64,000 bases of DNA, from the IMG/VR virus record IMGVR_UViG_3300037475_000162, positions 888 to 64,887 of that record. One strand, given 5' to 3'. Every line of letters begins with the position of its first letter. Position 1 is the stretch's first letter. Of this stretch, positions 9,101 to 17,768 are shown one piece after another. The notes under the pieces are model-generated. The model was not told the DNA's origin, searched no databases, and saw nothing but the letters and a program-made list of their open reading frames with translations. Source of the DNA: a virus. Lineage: Duplodnaviria > Caudoviricetes. Made by a program: the position numbers and the translations under genes.

Positions 9101-9908
9101 CGACGACAAGGCCGACGGCTGGATGGCCAGCAAGCTCGACGAGGAGATGCCCGACGACGAGGAGAGCATGGAGAAGTACGGCGAGGCGTGGAAGAAGTTC
9201 GGCGAGTTCCGCCGCGCCTTCGGCGAGCGCTGCGCCAAGAAGTATGGCGAGCGGTTCAAGAAATTTTCCGACGGCGGGGACATGTACCAGGGCGCGAAGG
9301 ACGCCGGCTATCCCGCCGACCAGGCGGCGGCGATGGCACACAAGACGCTCAAGGACGAGGGAAAGGATCACAAGATGAGCGAGGGCGCGTTGACGGCGCT
9401 GATCCAGAAGACCGTGGCCGACGCTCTGAAAAAGGAGGTCGGCAGCAGCATCAGCAAGCTGGAGAAGTTCGACGAGGAGCTGCGCAGGGAGAAGCGCAAG
9501 GAACTGGTCGAGGGCGTCCTCGATCGGCTGGCCGACCGCATCCCGCCCGGCGAGCGCGACAACGAGCGGGCTGTGCTGGAACTGCTGGCCGACGATGCGT
9601 CCGTCCACAAGTTCAGCGAGGCCGGCGGCAAGACGTGGCAGGGCACGCGCTACCAGCAGCGCATCAAGGCGCTGGAGAAGCGCAGCCCGATCACGGCCCA
9701 GCGGATGAAGTTCGCGGAGGCCGGCGGCAGTGCGGCCGACGACGACGTTGCCCGGGTCGAGCGCTTCAGCGAGTCGCCGATCCTGGCGTCCGCGCTGGCC
9801 GCCGCGAACAAGACGCCCGCGAAGTACGTCGAGGACTTCAAGGAATTGCGCAAGAAGAACCCCCAGCTGACCGCCACGCAGTACGGGGTGCCGGCCAACG
9901 TGGCCTGA
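6195..9908 (+). CDS. Giant prohead protease/scaffold polyprotein (Mu gpI-like protease at ~8400-8860, long N-terminal cargo region, C-terminal scaffold)
   Basis: IELFATGNH...PFVIGH...PAAGW...YPKVSLEIY...AMLGGDVPQVKDL; SAP-like and wHTH-like segments upstream; ATGA overlap at 6195. Confidence 0.8.
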   Translation: MSVYIATSEAPPAFVASNTGWGEFCRWAEHLEGAPAAAHLAAYGWTDDVEELAGELQDATGADDDVKAVAATLCGLLDGAETVVVTDGVSPGDGGSDPDSFGEDHPSPDDAPDLAEFYASLCNDLAAAGDDPGDVADEASEELAADGWSIVEDGGKWKASHESEADADEEAEKFTERAPKGGVSIGGKFFAGGKWIPNKDLANASPEDKAKLAAAKADSDTKAAGRKQERAGRGSIDVRGLQDRLAKHAGAHTLTGRERGGAAAIATLLHRHHGELALHRVEELADRVERTLKTIGDDHPNSEGLRQQFGKRLAQLHAAAERLGAKGVTGKVEKPKQAASPQANKSANPAADAAALHGDVARRLIAMNKMPPEEAKEAYAALHKDVVDRLRAMDVAHQPLSGLREIARAVPGANPRGSAHDVADSIVRTILSPMMISLEGHGTTGAQFPEDVFPSRPEKTDRRQAAEQAKADRQQAGLKRQEQERQQQAAAASPQAKTAAAAVKAVQHGAANGTGKADLDAKLDALDLPSMSPADLQGAARVLGVNASGGKAELIGRIRRSVHEIPEIRLAGAGSVSPAPAAKPEGEGAAYLAAKLKGMGVPDGPRALPASRPGKTPAEHQAAVMESIRRAGLKPGGLLSLAKLHLATGLPLADMHAAVNDLRRQGKLTGTRHESRGGLPRDVAAAALTDPGGGQIHHVSVREEGGGHGPARHAERFPRLASALLRFSEGGGSDLHRINGIELFATGNHRGVDYTLDDLKDMVRNFEEYSAPRENRAPRQAMPFVIGHGEDQSILERSDLPAAGWFKQLGIRPSPIPEDPGRYVLEGDAADVPGKVARLIRSRAYPKVSLEIYPPELHPFKGRGMMARRAAMLGGDVPQVKDLDDIPRPEPMSEPARRWPTILRFSESATVRGCLAFFSEVIDMDPEQLKSKLVEQHGMDPAAVEKMHPDAMAEVCRKMDEKDAKAGMDDDKADGWMASKLDEEMPDDEESMEKYGEAWKKFGEFRRAFGERCAKKYGERFKKFSDGGDMYQGAKDAGYPADQAAAMAHKTLKDEGKDHKMSEGALTALIQKTVADALKKEVGSSISKLEKFDEELRREKRKELVEGVLDRLADRIPPGERDNERAVLELLADDASVHKFSEAGGKTWQGTRYQQRIKALEKRSPITAQRMKFAEAGGSAADDDVARVERFSESPILASALAAANKTPAKYVEDFKELRKKNPQLTATQYGVPANVA

Positions 9909-9964
9909 CCCGGACCCGCGGCAACGCGCAACCCACAATGAGACATAGAAGAGAGAGGTAAACA

Positions 9965-10756
9965 GTGGCGAATGCAACCTCCAGGGTGGCCCGCGCGGTC
10001 CGCGGCTACCGCGACGAGATCCTCACCCACAGCTACGGGACCGTCAGCAGCAAGACGCAGCTGTACACGACGGCCATGCTCGGCCTGAACGCCGGCTATC
10101 TGACCAAGTTCGACGACACCGGCGCCTACACGTTCTTCGGCCTGGTCAACGAGGACGAGGGCAACCCGGTCGTGCCCAGCGACGGCACGACCTCGGCCAC
10201 GGCCGGGGCGAACAGTCTCGGCGTGGACGTGCGACAGCCGCCCGCCTTCGAGCTGAACATCGCCAGCGTCGCCATCACCGACATCGGCCGCCGCGTCTAC
10301 GCGCTGGACGATCAGACGGGGACGCTCGATCCGTCGGCCACGACGTACGGCAACCTGATCGGCACGGTAAAGGATCTGATCTTCGCGGCGGACGGCGGCA
10401 GTCCGGTGGCGAACTACGCCCTGGTTGCGCCGATCTACGGAACGCCGGTGGGCGGCCGGTTGCAGGTCTTCAGCGCTTCAGGCGCCATCCAGCAGCGCAG
10501 CAGCATCGTGTGGCTGAAGGGCAACAGCGCCCTGGCGATGACGCTGGCCAACCCGACGACGCTCGTACAGGACGGCATGACGATCGAGATCATCGAGACG
10601 GGCACCGGCGCTCACACTGTCACCACCGGCAGCAACGGCATCAACGGGGCCAGCCATATCGCCACCTTCGGCGGGGCCGCCGGCGACAACCTCGTGCTGA
10701 TCGCCCTGGGCGGCAGCTGGTACGTGGAATCGTCCGTGGGCGTCGTCCTGAGTTGA
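9965..10756 (+). CDS. Putative head decoration/cement protein
   Basis: Between protease and capsid genes; ITDIGRRVYALDDQT...LIGTV resembles Mu-like decoration proteins. Confidence 0.6.
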   Translation: MANATSRVARAVRGYRDEILTHSYGTVSSKTQLYTTAMLGLNAGYLTKFDDTGAYTFFGLVNEDEGNPVVPSDGTTSATAGANSLGVDVRQPPAFELNIASVAITDIGRRVYALDDQTGTLDPSATTYGNLIGTVKDLIFAADGGSPVANYALVAPIYGTPVGGRLQVFSASGAIQQRSSIVWLKGNSALAMTLANPTTLVQDGMTIEIIETGTGAHTVTTGSNGINGASHIATFGGAAGDNLVLIALGGSWYVESSVGVVLS

Positions 10757-10778
10757 CCTGCGGGAATGGAGGCGGGCC

Positions 10779-11036
10779 TTGCGCATCAAGCGGACGAGAA
10801 ACGGCGTCGTGGACTGGATCGAGGGGCTGTCGCCTCTGGGCTTCGCCCTGGGCTTCACCTCCGACGGCGAGAAGGCGGGACGGTTCAGCCCGGACGTCTG
10901 TTCGCTGGTGCGCGAGAACTACGCGCCACACCCCGCCGCGGGCGTGCTGACCGCCGAGCCCGACGAGGAGCCGGCGGCGCCGGAACCGGTACGGGCCGAG
11001 CCGAAGAAACCAAGGGGCCAGAAGGCCGCCGTCTGA
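10779..11036 (+). CDS. Hypothetical protein
   Basis: GGAGG ribosome-binding site before TTG; fills the operon gap. Confidence 0.5.
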   Translation: MRIKRTRNGVVDWIEGLSPLGFALGFTSDGEKAGRFSPDVCSLVRENYAPHPAAGVLTAEPDEEPAAPEPVRAEPKKPRGQKAAV

Positions 11037-11148
11037 CCGGAACAGAGAACGACCATGCGGCCGGGGGTAGCTCCCCTTCATCACCTTCCCCGGGTGACGG
11101 TCGCTGGACACCACGGGGCACCTGCTCGGGGAGCGGGCGAGAACTGAC

Positions 11149-12117
11149 ATGGCCGTTGACGTGAATGCATTCTCCGCCCTCGCGCGGGCGGAGTTCAACA
11201 ACCAGCTGCTGGGCGCGTACGCGCACCCCTACCCCGCCGACATCAACTCTCTGGTTGACGAGTGGCCGAGCAAGGTGGCCGTCGAGACGTACGCCTACAT
11301 GACCAACATCCCGCGTTTGCGGGTCTTCAAACGGGACTCGCCCGCGGTGCAGATGGTCGCCGACAAGTGGACGGTGCCGAACGTCACCTACCGCGCCGGT
11401 CCGGTGGTCGTGCAGAAGGAGACGCTCGACGACGATCAGATCGGCGGCTACCTGCGATCCATCGCCGCATTGCCGCAGGGCGCGCAGAAGGACATCAAGT
11501 ACAAGATCCTGAACGTCTTCGCCAACGGCGACAGCAACACCTGCTTCGACGGCACGAACATGTTCGCCAGCAGTCACACCGTCGGGAGCGGCAATAACCT
11601 GATGACCGCCACGAGCGCGTCGAGCGATGCGGTCACGCACAAGATTATCGCCGTCATCACCGACGGACCGGCCAAGCCAGTCCTGTTCCAGAATCGCGAG
11701 CCGCTGAAGGACTTGCAAGACAACGGCACGCCGCAGGCGATGGAGGCCCGCGAGTTCCGCTACTGGGCCGACACGCGATTCGGCGTCAGCTGCGCCGCGT
11801 GGTTCACCGCGGTCAAGCTGACCATCACCAACACGCCGACGCTGACGGAGCTGACCACGGACATCCTTTCGATGTTCAACCGCCTGCGCACGTTCACATT
11901 GCCCAGGGGGGCGGACGTGGACGACCCCCTTTACTTCTGGGAAGGGTGGACCCCGGAAGGCAGCAACGTGACCCTGCTGTGCAACCTCCAGCTGGCGACC
12001 CTCCTCGAAACCATTCGTGACTCGGCGCTGATCGCCAGCGGCACGGGCGGCGGCGTGGTGACGAACTACCTGGCCAACAAGTTCAAGGTGATCCCGACGA
12101 GCGCCCTGGGAGCGTAA
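11149..12117 (+). CDS. Major capsid protein, Mu gpT-like
   Basis: 322 aa; ETYAYMTNIPRLR, LDDDQIG, CFDGTNMF, KPVLFQNRE and YWADTRFG parallel Mu gpT motifs. Confidence 0.85.
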   Translation: MAVDVNAFSALARAEFNNQLLGAYAHPYPADINSLVDEWPSKVAVETYAYMTNIPRLRVFKRDSPAVQMVADKWTVPNVTYRAGPVVVQKETLDDDQIGGYLRSIAALPQGAQKDIKYKILNVFANGDSNTCFDGTNMFASSHTVGSGNNLMTATSASSDAVTHKIIAVITDGPAKPVLFQNREPLKDLQDNGTPQAMEAREFRYWADTRFGVSCAAWFTAVKLTITNTPTLTELTTDILSMFNRLRTFTLPRGADVDDPLYFWEGWTPEGSNVTLLCNLQLATLLETIRDSALIASGTGGGVVTNYLANKFKVIPTSALGA

Positions 12118-12215
12118 GCCCGAGGGGGAACCGGAGACGTAACCGGGCTGGCCAAAGCGTCCGGGGCGAGTAGCCGGCAAGCCCGTCCCCTGAAACCAGG
12201 CAGGAGTGTGTCAGC

Positions 12216-12611
12216 ATGGCCGCATCACCCTCGTTCCTGCAAAGCTGCCAGGCGGCAATCGTCCTGCTGCCGCAGTACGCCGCGTTTCAGGCGGCCTGCG
12301 CAGCGCTGTCAGCCGCCGGCGAGGCCGGCCGGGCGGCAGCCTGGCAGGCGTGCTACGGCGACGGGCAGATCGGGTTGAGCCCGGCCCACGGGCTGCGCCG
12401 GGCAATCCGCGACGTGATCGTCAACGAGCAGTACGCACTGGCCGTCACGCTGTCCCAGGCTGACGCCGAGGCGGCCTACCAGCAGCTTGCGGCGCTGCTG
12501 GCTCCCGACGCGGCGCAGCCGGAGCCGGGACCGCAGGCGCGTTCCGCGGTCATGACGCAAGAAGACCTCGACCTGATCCGCACGGCCGCCGCACGGCTGG
12601 CGAGCGACTGA
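12216..12611 (+). CDS. Hypothetical protein
   Basis: AGGAG ribosome-binding site; operon position. Confidence 0.55.
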   Translation: MAASPSFLQSCQAAIVLLPQYAAFQAACAALSAAGEAGRAAAWQACYGDGQIGLSPAHGLRRAIRDVIVNEQYALAVTLSQADAEAAYQQLAALLAPDAAQPEPGPQARSAVMTQEDLDLIRTAAARLASD

Positions 12612-12625
12612 GTGAGGGATATTCA

Positions 12626-13042
12626 ATGTCCGAATTCATGGGGCCGTTGACAAAAAACCTTGTCGTCGCCGACGGCCAGGTCGGGACTGTCGCCGCAGCG
12701 GTCACGAGCAACCCCGGCAGCTGGGCGGAGCGGTACAACCTGCTCTTTTCCAACGTCGGCGCCCAGACGGAGACGCTGATCGTCACGCAGACGCGCAACG
12801 GCGGGACGCCGCGGCGGGTGCGGATCGCCGTGCTGGACCCCGGCGAGGCGCTGGAGATCACGGGGTTGCCCGTCAATGTGGCCGACATGGTGCTGGCCGT
12901 CACGACCGACGCCGGCAGCGTGGACTACCTGGTGAGCAAGGCCGGCTACGAGACGCACATGGAGTCGCGCGTCTATGACGCGAGCGGCTTGCCGAAGTCG
13001 TATCCGCAGATCTTTGAGCAGCTCGCGGCGGCGCTGGGCTGA
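12626..13042 (+). CDS. Hypothetical virion protein
   Basis: Beta-rich composition; head operon. Confidence 0.6.
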   Translation: MSEFMGPLTKNLVVADGQVGTVAAAVTSNPGSWAERYNLLFSNVGAQTETLIVTQTRNGGTPRRVRIAVLDPGEALEITGLPVNVADMVLAVTTDAGSVDYLVSKAGYETHMESRVYDASGLPKSYPQIFEQLAAALG

Positions 13043-13090
13043 GAACGGAACCGACGAGACAACCATTCCCCCTGAAAGGCAGAGGCGCAC

Positions 13091-13759
13091 ATGGCAATCA
13101 CGATGACTTTCCAGGCGAACGTCCGCAAGACGGCTCCCGAGGTGTACGGTTCCGGCGCGTTCCCGGTCGATCAAAACAACCGCGGCGACCTGTGCTTTGC
13201 TCAGGCGCTGCCCGAACGGGCTGAGCTGGTTCGGCTCGGCAATTCCTACGGCGCGCAGATCAAGGAAGGCAACGCCTTCACGGCGCTCATCACGATTCCG
13301 ACAACCCTGGCGGAACTGGCGCTGCAGAACGGCGAGTCGGCCGGCGGCAAGTCCTACGTCATCGACCGCGTGTGGGTCAAGGACGTGACGACCACGGCCG
13401 CGGCCAACTACGTCACCATCCTCGGGCAGGTGGTTGTCCCGGGAACGGCCCTGGTGGCCGATTCGGCAAACAAGACGATTCAGTCGCTCTCGGGCAAGCC
13501 CAACTACGGCGGCAAGGCGCAGCTCGCCGTGCATTCCTCTTCGGTCGGCGCGCTGCAAGACAAGTGGTTTACGCTGGGCGCCGCCGGCATCAGCCAGCCG
13601 ACCTCGACATCCATCGCCGCGGCTTACGAGGCGCTGTGCTACGGGCGGTACGTCATTCCGCCAGGCGGTACGTTCGCGCTCAACGCGCAGGAAGCGGTGT
13701 CGGGTGGAACCTGCATCCTCGGCGTGGAATGGCATGAGGTGCAGCTCGATCTCGGTTGA
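13091..13759 (+). CDS. Hypothetical virion protein
   Basis: GAGG ribosome-binding site; Thr/Ala/Gly-rich. Confidence 0.65.
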   Translation: MAITMTFQANVRKTAPEVYGSGAFPVDQNNRGDLCFAQALPERAELVRLGNSYGAQIKEGNAFTALITIPTTLAELALQNGESAGGKSYVIDRVWVKDVTTTAAANYVTILGQVVVPGTALVADSANKTIQSLSGKPNYGGKAQLAVHSSSVGALQDKWFTLGAAGISQPTSTSIAAAYEALCYGRYVIPPGGTFALNAQEAVSGGTCILGVEWHEVQLDLG

Positions 13760-13765
13760 TCAAGG

Positions 13766-13800
13766 GCGGAGAGGGCGCGAACAGTTCGCGCCCTCTCCGC
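13766..13800. terminator. 16-bp perfect stem-loop (pause, processing or terminator-like; no U-tract)
   Basis: GCGGAGAGGGCGCGAA-CAG-TTCGCGCCCTCTCCGC just after a stop codon. Confidence 0.5.
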
Positions 13801-13823
13801 GGCGTCCGCAAGCGGGAGACTCC

Positions 13824-14036
13824 ATGCAGATCGTGATTACCGAGCGCCCCGACGGCACGTTCGCCCTGGCCTGCGACGAGGACAGACCGTTCGAGACGCT
13901 GCGCCTGCTCCGGCAGGCGGCCGATGTCTTCCTCCAGCAGCAGGCGCACGCGGAGACACAGGCGCAGGCCGGCAAGATCGTGCTGGCGCGCGGCACGGTT
14001 GGGCCGCCGAACGGACGCAGGGGGCAAGCAGGATGA
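13824..14036 (+). CDS. Small hypothetical protein
   Basis: GGGAG ribosome-binding site; MQIVITERPDG... Confidence 0.5.
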   Translation: MQIVITERPDGTFALACDEDRPFETLRLLRQAADVFLQQQAHAETQAQAGKIVLARGTVGPPNGRRGQAG

Positions 14037-14162
14037 CCCGCGAGCGCCTGCTCCTGCGCCACGGCCAGCTCCTGCAGCGCCTCGCGGACCTGGGCGCGGA
14101 GGCAGCCGCCGTGCAGCGGGCGATCGATCGCGTCGAGGAGCTGCTGCGGGAGGGGGCCGGCG

Positions 14163-14330
14163 ATGACGGAGCAACTGTGGCAGGCGGCAACGGCCGTGGC
14201 GGCAATAACCATCGTGCTGCTGGCGCTGCTGGTGGTGTACCGGACGGCAATGGCCGAGGACGACGAGTTCGAGCGGCAGGCAAGGGGTGAGGACGAGGCG
14301 GGGCGGCAGGACGACGGGAGGGGAAAGTGA
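14163..14330 (+). CDS. Small single-TM protein
   Basis: MTEQLWQAATAVAAITIVLLALLVVYR...; GTGA overlap with the methyltransferase start. Confidence 0.45.
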   Translation: MTEQLWQAATAVAAITIVLLALLVVYRTAMAEDDEFERQARGEDEAGRQDDGRGK

Positions 14331-15136
14331 GCGAGGCGCGGATCATTCACGGCGACTGCCTGGAGGTGCTGCCGACGCTCCAGAGCGGCAGCGTGGACGC
14401 GGTGGTGACTTCGCCGCCTTACGATTCCATGCGGCAGTATCGCGGCGTCGCCGCCTTTGTATTTATTCCTCTGGCGTCTGAATTGTTTCGCGTTGTCGCG
14501 AACGGCGGCGTGGTGGTATGGGTCGTTGGGGACGGCGTCAAGGACGGTTCGGAATCGGGAACCTCTTGCCGGCAAGCGCTCGGGTTCATGGACGTTGGGT
14601 TTCGCCTTCACGACACAATGATTTACGCAAAGAAGAATCCGGTTCCGAGGTCGATTGCTTCGCATCGGCGATACGAGCAAGCGTTCGAGTTCATGTTCGT
14701 GTTCAGCAAGGGAAGGCCGAAGACGTTCAACGGTCTGCGCGAACCGTGCAAGGAAGCTGGCAAGGTGCGAGCGACGGGGCCGACGCATCGGGGTTCCGGG
14801 CACGACCCAATCCGGTTCAATGGAGCGGGAAGGCCGATCGGTGAAACCAAACCGCGCGGCAACATCTGGTACTACTCGGTGAAGCATGTGAAGGCGATCG
14901 GACACCCGGCAACCTTCCCCGTTCAACTGGCGATCGACCACGTCAAGACCTGGACGCTCCACGGCGACATCGTCCTCGACCCCTTCGCGGGCAGCGGCAC
15001 AACAGGCGTTGCCTGTCTGCGCGAAGGTCGGTCGTTCATCGGCGTCGAACAGGAAGCAGGATACGTCGAGATTGCCCGCAAGCGGCTGGCGGAGGAAGAG
15101 GCAAAGCAACCGTTATTCGCGGGGACCAAGCGATGA
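14327..15136 (+). CDS. DNA methyltransferase (N4-C/N6-A, beta class), orphan
   Basis: TSPPY catalytic motif followed by HPATFP and LDPFAGSGTT. Confidence 0.92.
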   Translation: MSEARIIHGDCLEVLPTLQSGSVDAVVTSPPYDSMRQYRGVAAFVFIPLASELFRVVANGGVVVWVVGDGVKDGSESGTSCRQALGFMDVGFRLHDTMIYAKKNPVPRSIASHRRYEQAFEFMFVFSKGRPKTFNGLREPCKEAGKVRATGPTHRGSGHDPIRFNGAGRPIGETKPRGNIWYYSVKHVKAIGHPATFPVQLAIDHVKTWTLHGDIVLDPFAGSGTTGVACLREGRSFIGVEQEAGYVEIARKRLAEEEAKQPLFAGTKR

Positions 15137-15333
15137 CCCGCGCCGACATCGACAACCGCCGCGCCGAACTGCTCGCCGTCCGCGCCGTCGAGGTCGCGGC
15201 CCTGGAGCGGGCGGCGGCGCACCTCGCGGCGATCGACGGCGCCATCGGCCAGGTGGACTGGACGCTCGCGCGACTCGACGAGGAGCGCGAAGAGGAACGG
15301 CGGGCGGCGCGGGAGGCGGCCAGGCGGAACTGA
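15133..15333 (+). CDS. Small coiled-coil protein
   Basis: ATGA overlap. Confidence 0.5.
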   Translation: MTRADIDNRRAELLAVRAVEVAALERAAAHLAAIDGAIGQVDWTLARLDEEREEERRAAREAARRN

Positions 15334-15349
15334 GGGGGGGGGGGGGGGG
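15334..15349 (+). repeat. G16 homopolymer between a stop codon and the next start
   Basis: TGA-G16-TGGGGCG-ATG. Confidence 0.85.
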
Positions 15350-15356
15350 TGGGGCG

Positions 15357-15803
15357 ATGTTCGTGAGCGACAACGTCATCCTGAGCGACATAGCCGGCCT
15401 GCTGAAGCTCCAGGCCGGCGCGCCCGCTCTGCCAAGCTACTGGCCCACGATCGTATCGCTGACGCACCAGCAGGCGTACGACGACATCGTTGCCGCCCTG
15501 CTGGCGCGCGGCTACGCTCCCGCTGACGTGGCGACGTGGGGCGCCGGCGCGGGGCAGTTCTACGAGCGGAAGCTGGCCCTGTTCCACGCGGCGAACGAGG
15601 GCGGCGGCTTCAGCGGCGTCAGCGACAAGTTCATCATGTCGCTGGACGTCCGCAAGCAGCTCGAAACGCTGCAACTGATGGACGGAAACAACAAGCCCAT
15701 CCTGACGACGGCCGGCCAGGTGGGCACGGTGGGCGTCGGACCGATGGACAACAGCAGCGTCTTCCGCTGGGACAGCGACGGAAGCTGGAGAGGAGAGTGG
15801 TAG
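15357..15803 (+). CDS. Putative head-tail adaptor
   Basis: Position and size; AYDDIVAALLARGY helix reminiscent of Mu gp36-type adaptors. Confidence 0.5.
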   Translation: MFVSDNVILSDIAGLLKLQAGAPALPSYWPTIVSLTHQQAYDDIVAALLARGYAPADVATWGAGAGQFYERKLALFHAANEGGGFSGVSDKFIMSLDVRKQLETLQLMDGNNKPILTTAGQVGTVGVGPMDNSSVFRWDSDGSWRGEW

Positions 15804-15806
15804 TCG

Positions 15807-16544
15807 ATGACGCTGGCGCTCTCCATTATCGACGCGGCCGACGGCACGGGCGGCACGGCGACCGTCAGCGGTTCGGCGGGCGGCAGCGCGAACAGCGTTT
15901 ACTGCGCAACATTCGCCGCAGGCGTCGGCGCGCTGGCCTGGACGCTGGCGGGGTCGCGAACAGGAGACGGGACGGTCGCAGTGGCCCCGGGGACGGGCTA
16001 CTACCTGTGGTATCTGGACTCGCTCTCCGGCGGCTCGCATGCGGTCGCGCCGCCCGTGTATCAGAACCTCAGCAGCGGCGAGCAGTCGGTTCACTACCGC
16101 TGTCTGCTGGCCGTGCAGAATCTCGTTCAGGCGCTGGGCCTGGCCGGAATGAACGCCGGGCAGATCCAGATTACCTGGCTCGATGCGGCGCGGTGTCAGC
16201 AGCTCTACTCGCTGCCTTGTGTCAGCATCAGTCCGCTGGGCCGCGAGGGACAGCCGGGGCTGCTGACCGGGCTGGACGACATCGAGTATCCGGTGCTCGT
16301 CAGCATCGAGGACGCCGGCCAGGGCGACATGAGCCTGGACATTCCAGGCCGGACGCTGTGGCGACAAAGCATCTTCCGATGCTTCCGGCATCAGAGATTG
16401 AGCGGCGTTCCGGAGATCATCACGACGGACGTGGACCCGAACCCGGTTCTCGACGAGAGATGGTTCGTGGGGCAGGATCTGCGGTTTGTGTCGTCGCTGC
16501 TGTTCCGGTTCAGGAGTCGCGAGCCCAGAGGCTTTGGCAGATAG
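15807..16544 (+). CDS. Putative tail completion/terminator protein
   Basis: Directly upstream of the tail tube gene. Confidence 0.5.
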   Translation: MTLALSIIDAADGTGGTATVSGSAGGSANSVYCATFAAGVGALAWTLAGSRTGDGTVAVAPGTGYYLWYLDSLSGGSHAVAPPVYQNLSSGEQSVHYRCLLAVQNLVQALGLAGMNAGQIQITWLDAARCQQLYSLPCVSISPLGREGQPGLLTGLDDIEYPVLVSIEDAGQGDMSLDIPGRTLWRQSIFRCFRHQRLSGVPEIITTDVDPNPVLDERWFVGQDLRFVSSLLFRFRSREPRGFGR

Positions 16545-16556
16545 CGAGGAGCGGTC

Positions 16557-17426
16557 ATGGCAGGCGTATACGGCTATCAGGGACAGCTGGCGATCGACGC
16601 GGGAGCGACCCCCACCCTGCGCTACGACTTCCAGAACGAATCATTGATCTGCGACGAGAACTTCATCGACACCAACGGGCTGCGCGGCACGCGAGCGCGC
16701 GCCTCCGAGCGCATCCGCCAGGGCAACCGCAGGGTTCACGGGCAGCTCAAGCTGATTCCGACCACGCAGGAGCTGGCGCAGCTCCTGCCGTGGATTCTCG
16801 GCACGGCCGTCAGCGGCACCACGTACGCGCTGGCGGACACCGTGCCGACGCGCTACGTCACCATCGACCGGGTGTCAAAGGTGTTCGCCTATAACGGCTG
16901 CGTCGTGGACAGGGCGACCTTCCACGGAACGCAGGGCGGGGCGCTGGAGCTGATCCTCGACCTCGTCGGCGTTGACGAGACGATCACGAATTCCGGGACG
17001 TTCGGCAGTCTGAGTCTGGACCTCAGCACGCCGCCGCTGATCTTCACCGACCTCTCGCTATCCGTCAACAGCGCGACGGACCAGTGCAAGGAGTTCACGC
17101 TGGTCGTGGACAACGACATCGATAAGGAGCGGTTCTTCAACAGTCCGACGCTCACCAGCGGCTATCCCAGGGACCGGCACATCACGATCACGCACCCCGT
17201 GCCCTACGGGGATTCGTCGGCGAGTTACGCCACGGGCGTTGCCGGCGTTGCCGTCACGGCAACCTTCACCGACAGCGCCCACGTTCTCACGTTCACGTTC
17301 GCCAATGTGAAGTACCCGCGGCGCAGCCCGACCGTGCCGGGCCGCGAGGAGATCATGCTGCCCCTGGTGGGCCAATGTTATAAAAGTGGATCTACTTTGG
17401 AGCTTGTTACGACTCTGGCGATTTAA
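16557..17426 (+). CDS. Major tail tube protein
   Basis: 289 aa, Thr-rich; precedes chaperone and tape measure; no sheath gene recognised. Confidence 0.75.
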   Translation: MAGVYGYQGQLAIDAGATPTLRYDFQNESLICDENFIDTNGLRGTRARASERIRQGNRRVHGQLKLIPTTQELAQLLPWILGTAVSGTTYALADTVPTRYVTIDRVSKVFAYNGCVVDRATFHGTQGGALELILDLVGVDETITNSGTFGSLSLDLSTPPLIFTDLSLSVNSATDQCKEFTLVVDNDIDKERFFNSPTLTSGYPRDRHITITHPVPYGDSSASYATGVAGVAVTATFTDSAHVLTFTFANVKYPRRSPTVPGREEIMLPLVGQCYKSGSTLELVTTLAI

Positions 17427-17438
17427 CGGAGGAACGGA

Positions 17439-17768
17439 ATGGGTCTCTTGATCAACGACGGCTTCACCCTGACGGCGAAGATCGCCCCGCGCGGCCCGTG
17501 GCCGGCGCTGACAGCGCGGTTCCGGCCGGCCCTGCCCGCGGCGTGCTACGAATTCCTGGAGGCGTCGCGGCCCGGCGCCGCGGCAAGGCATTCGGCCGCG
17601 GTCAAGCTGCTGACGGCGCAGCTCGTTTCGTGGGACGTGACCGACGACAAGGGCGAGGTTCTGGCGGTGACCCCCGCGAACCTGCGCAAGCTGCCCATGA
17701 GCTACATGGAGGAGCTGATCAACCAGGTCACCGGCTACGGCGACGCGGAGGCGGACGAAAAAAACTGA
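17439..17768 (+). CDS. Tail assembly chaperone (G)
   Basis: Ends GAA AAA AAC TGA; between tube and tape measure. Confidence 0.8.
   Translation: MGLLINDGFTLTAKIAPRGPWPALTARFRPALPAACYEFLEASRPGAAARHSAAVKLLTAQLVSWDVTDDKGEVLAVTPANLRKLPMSYMEELINQVTGYGDAEADEKN

Noticed and set aside
3831..12117. Transposable Mu-type lifestyle
   Set aside because: Only the head genes are Mu-like; no MuA/MuB motifs, and a tyrosine integrase with an att site is present
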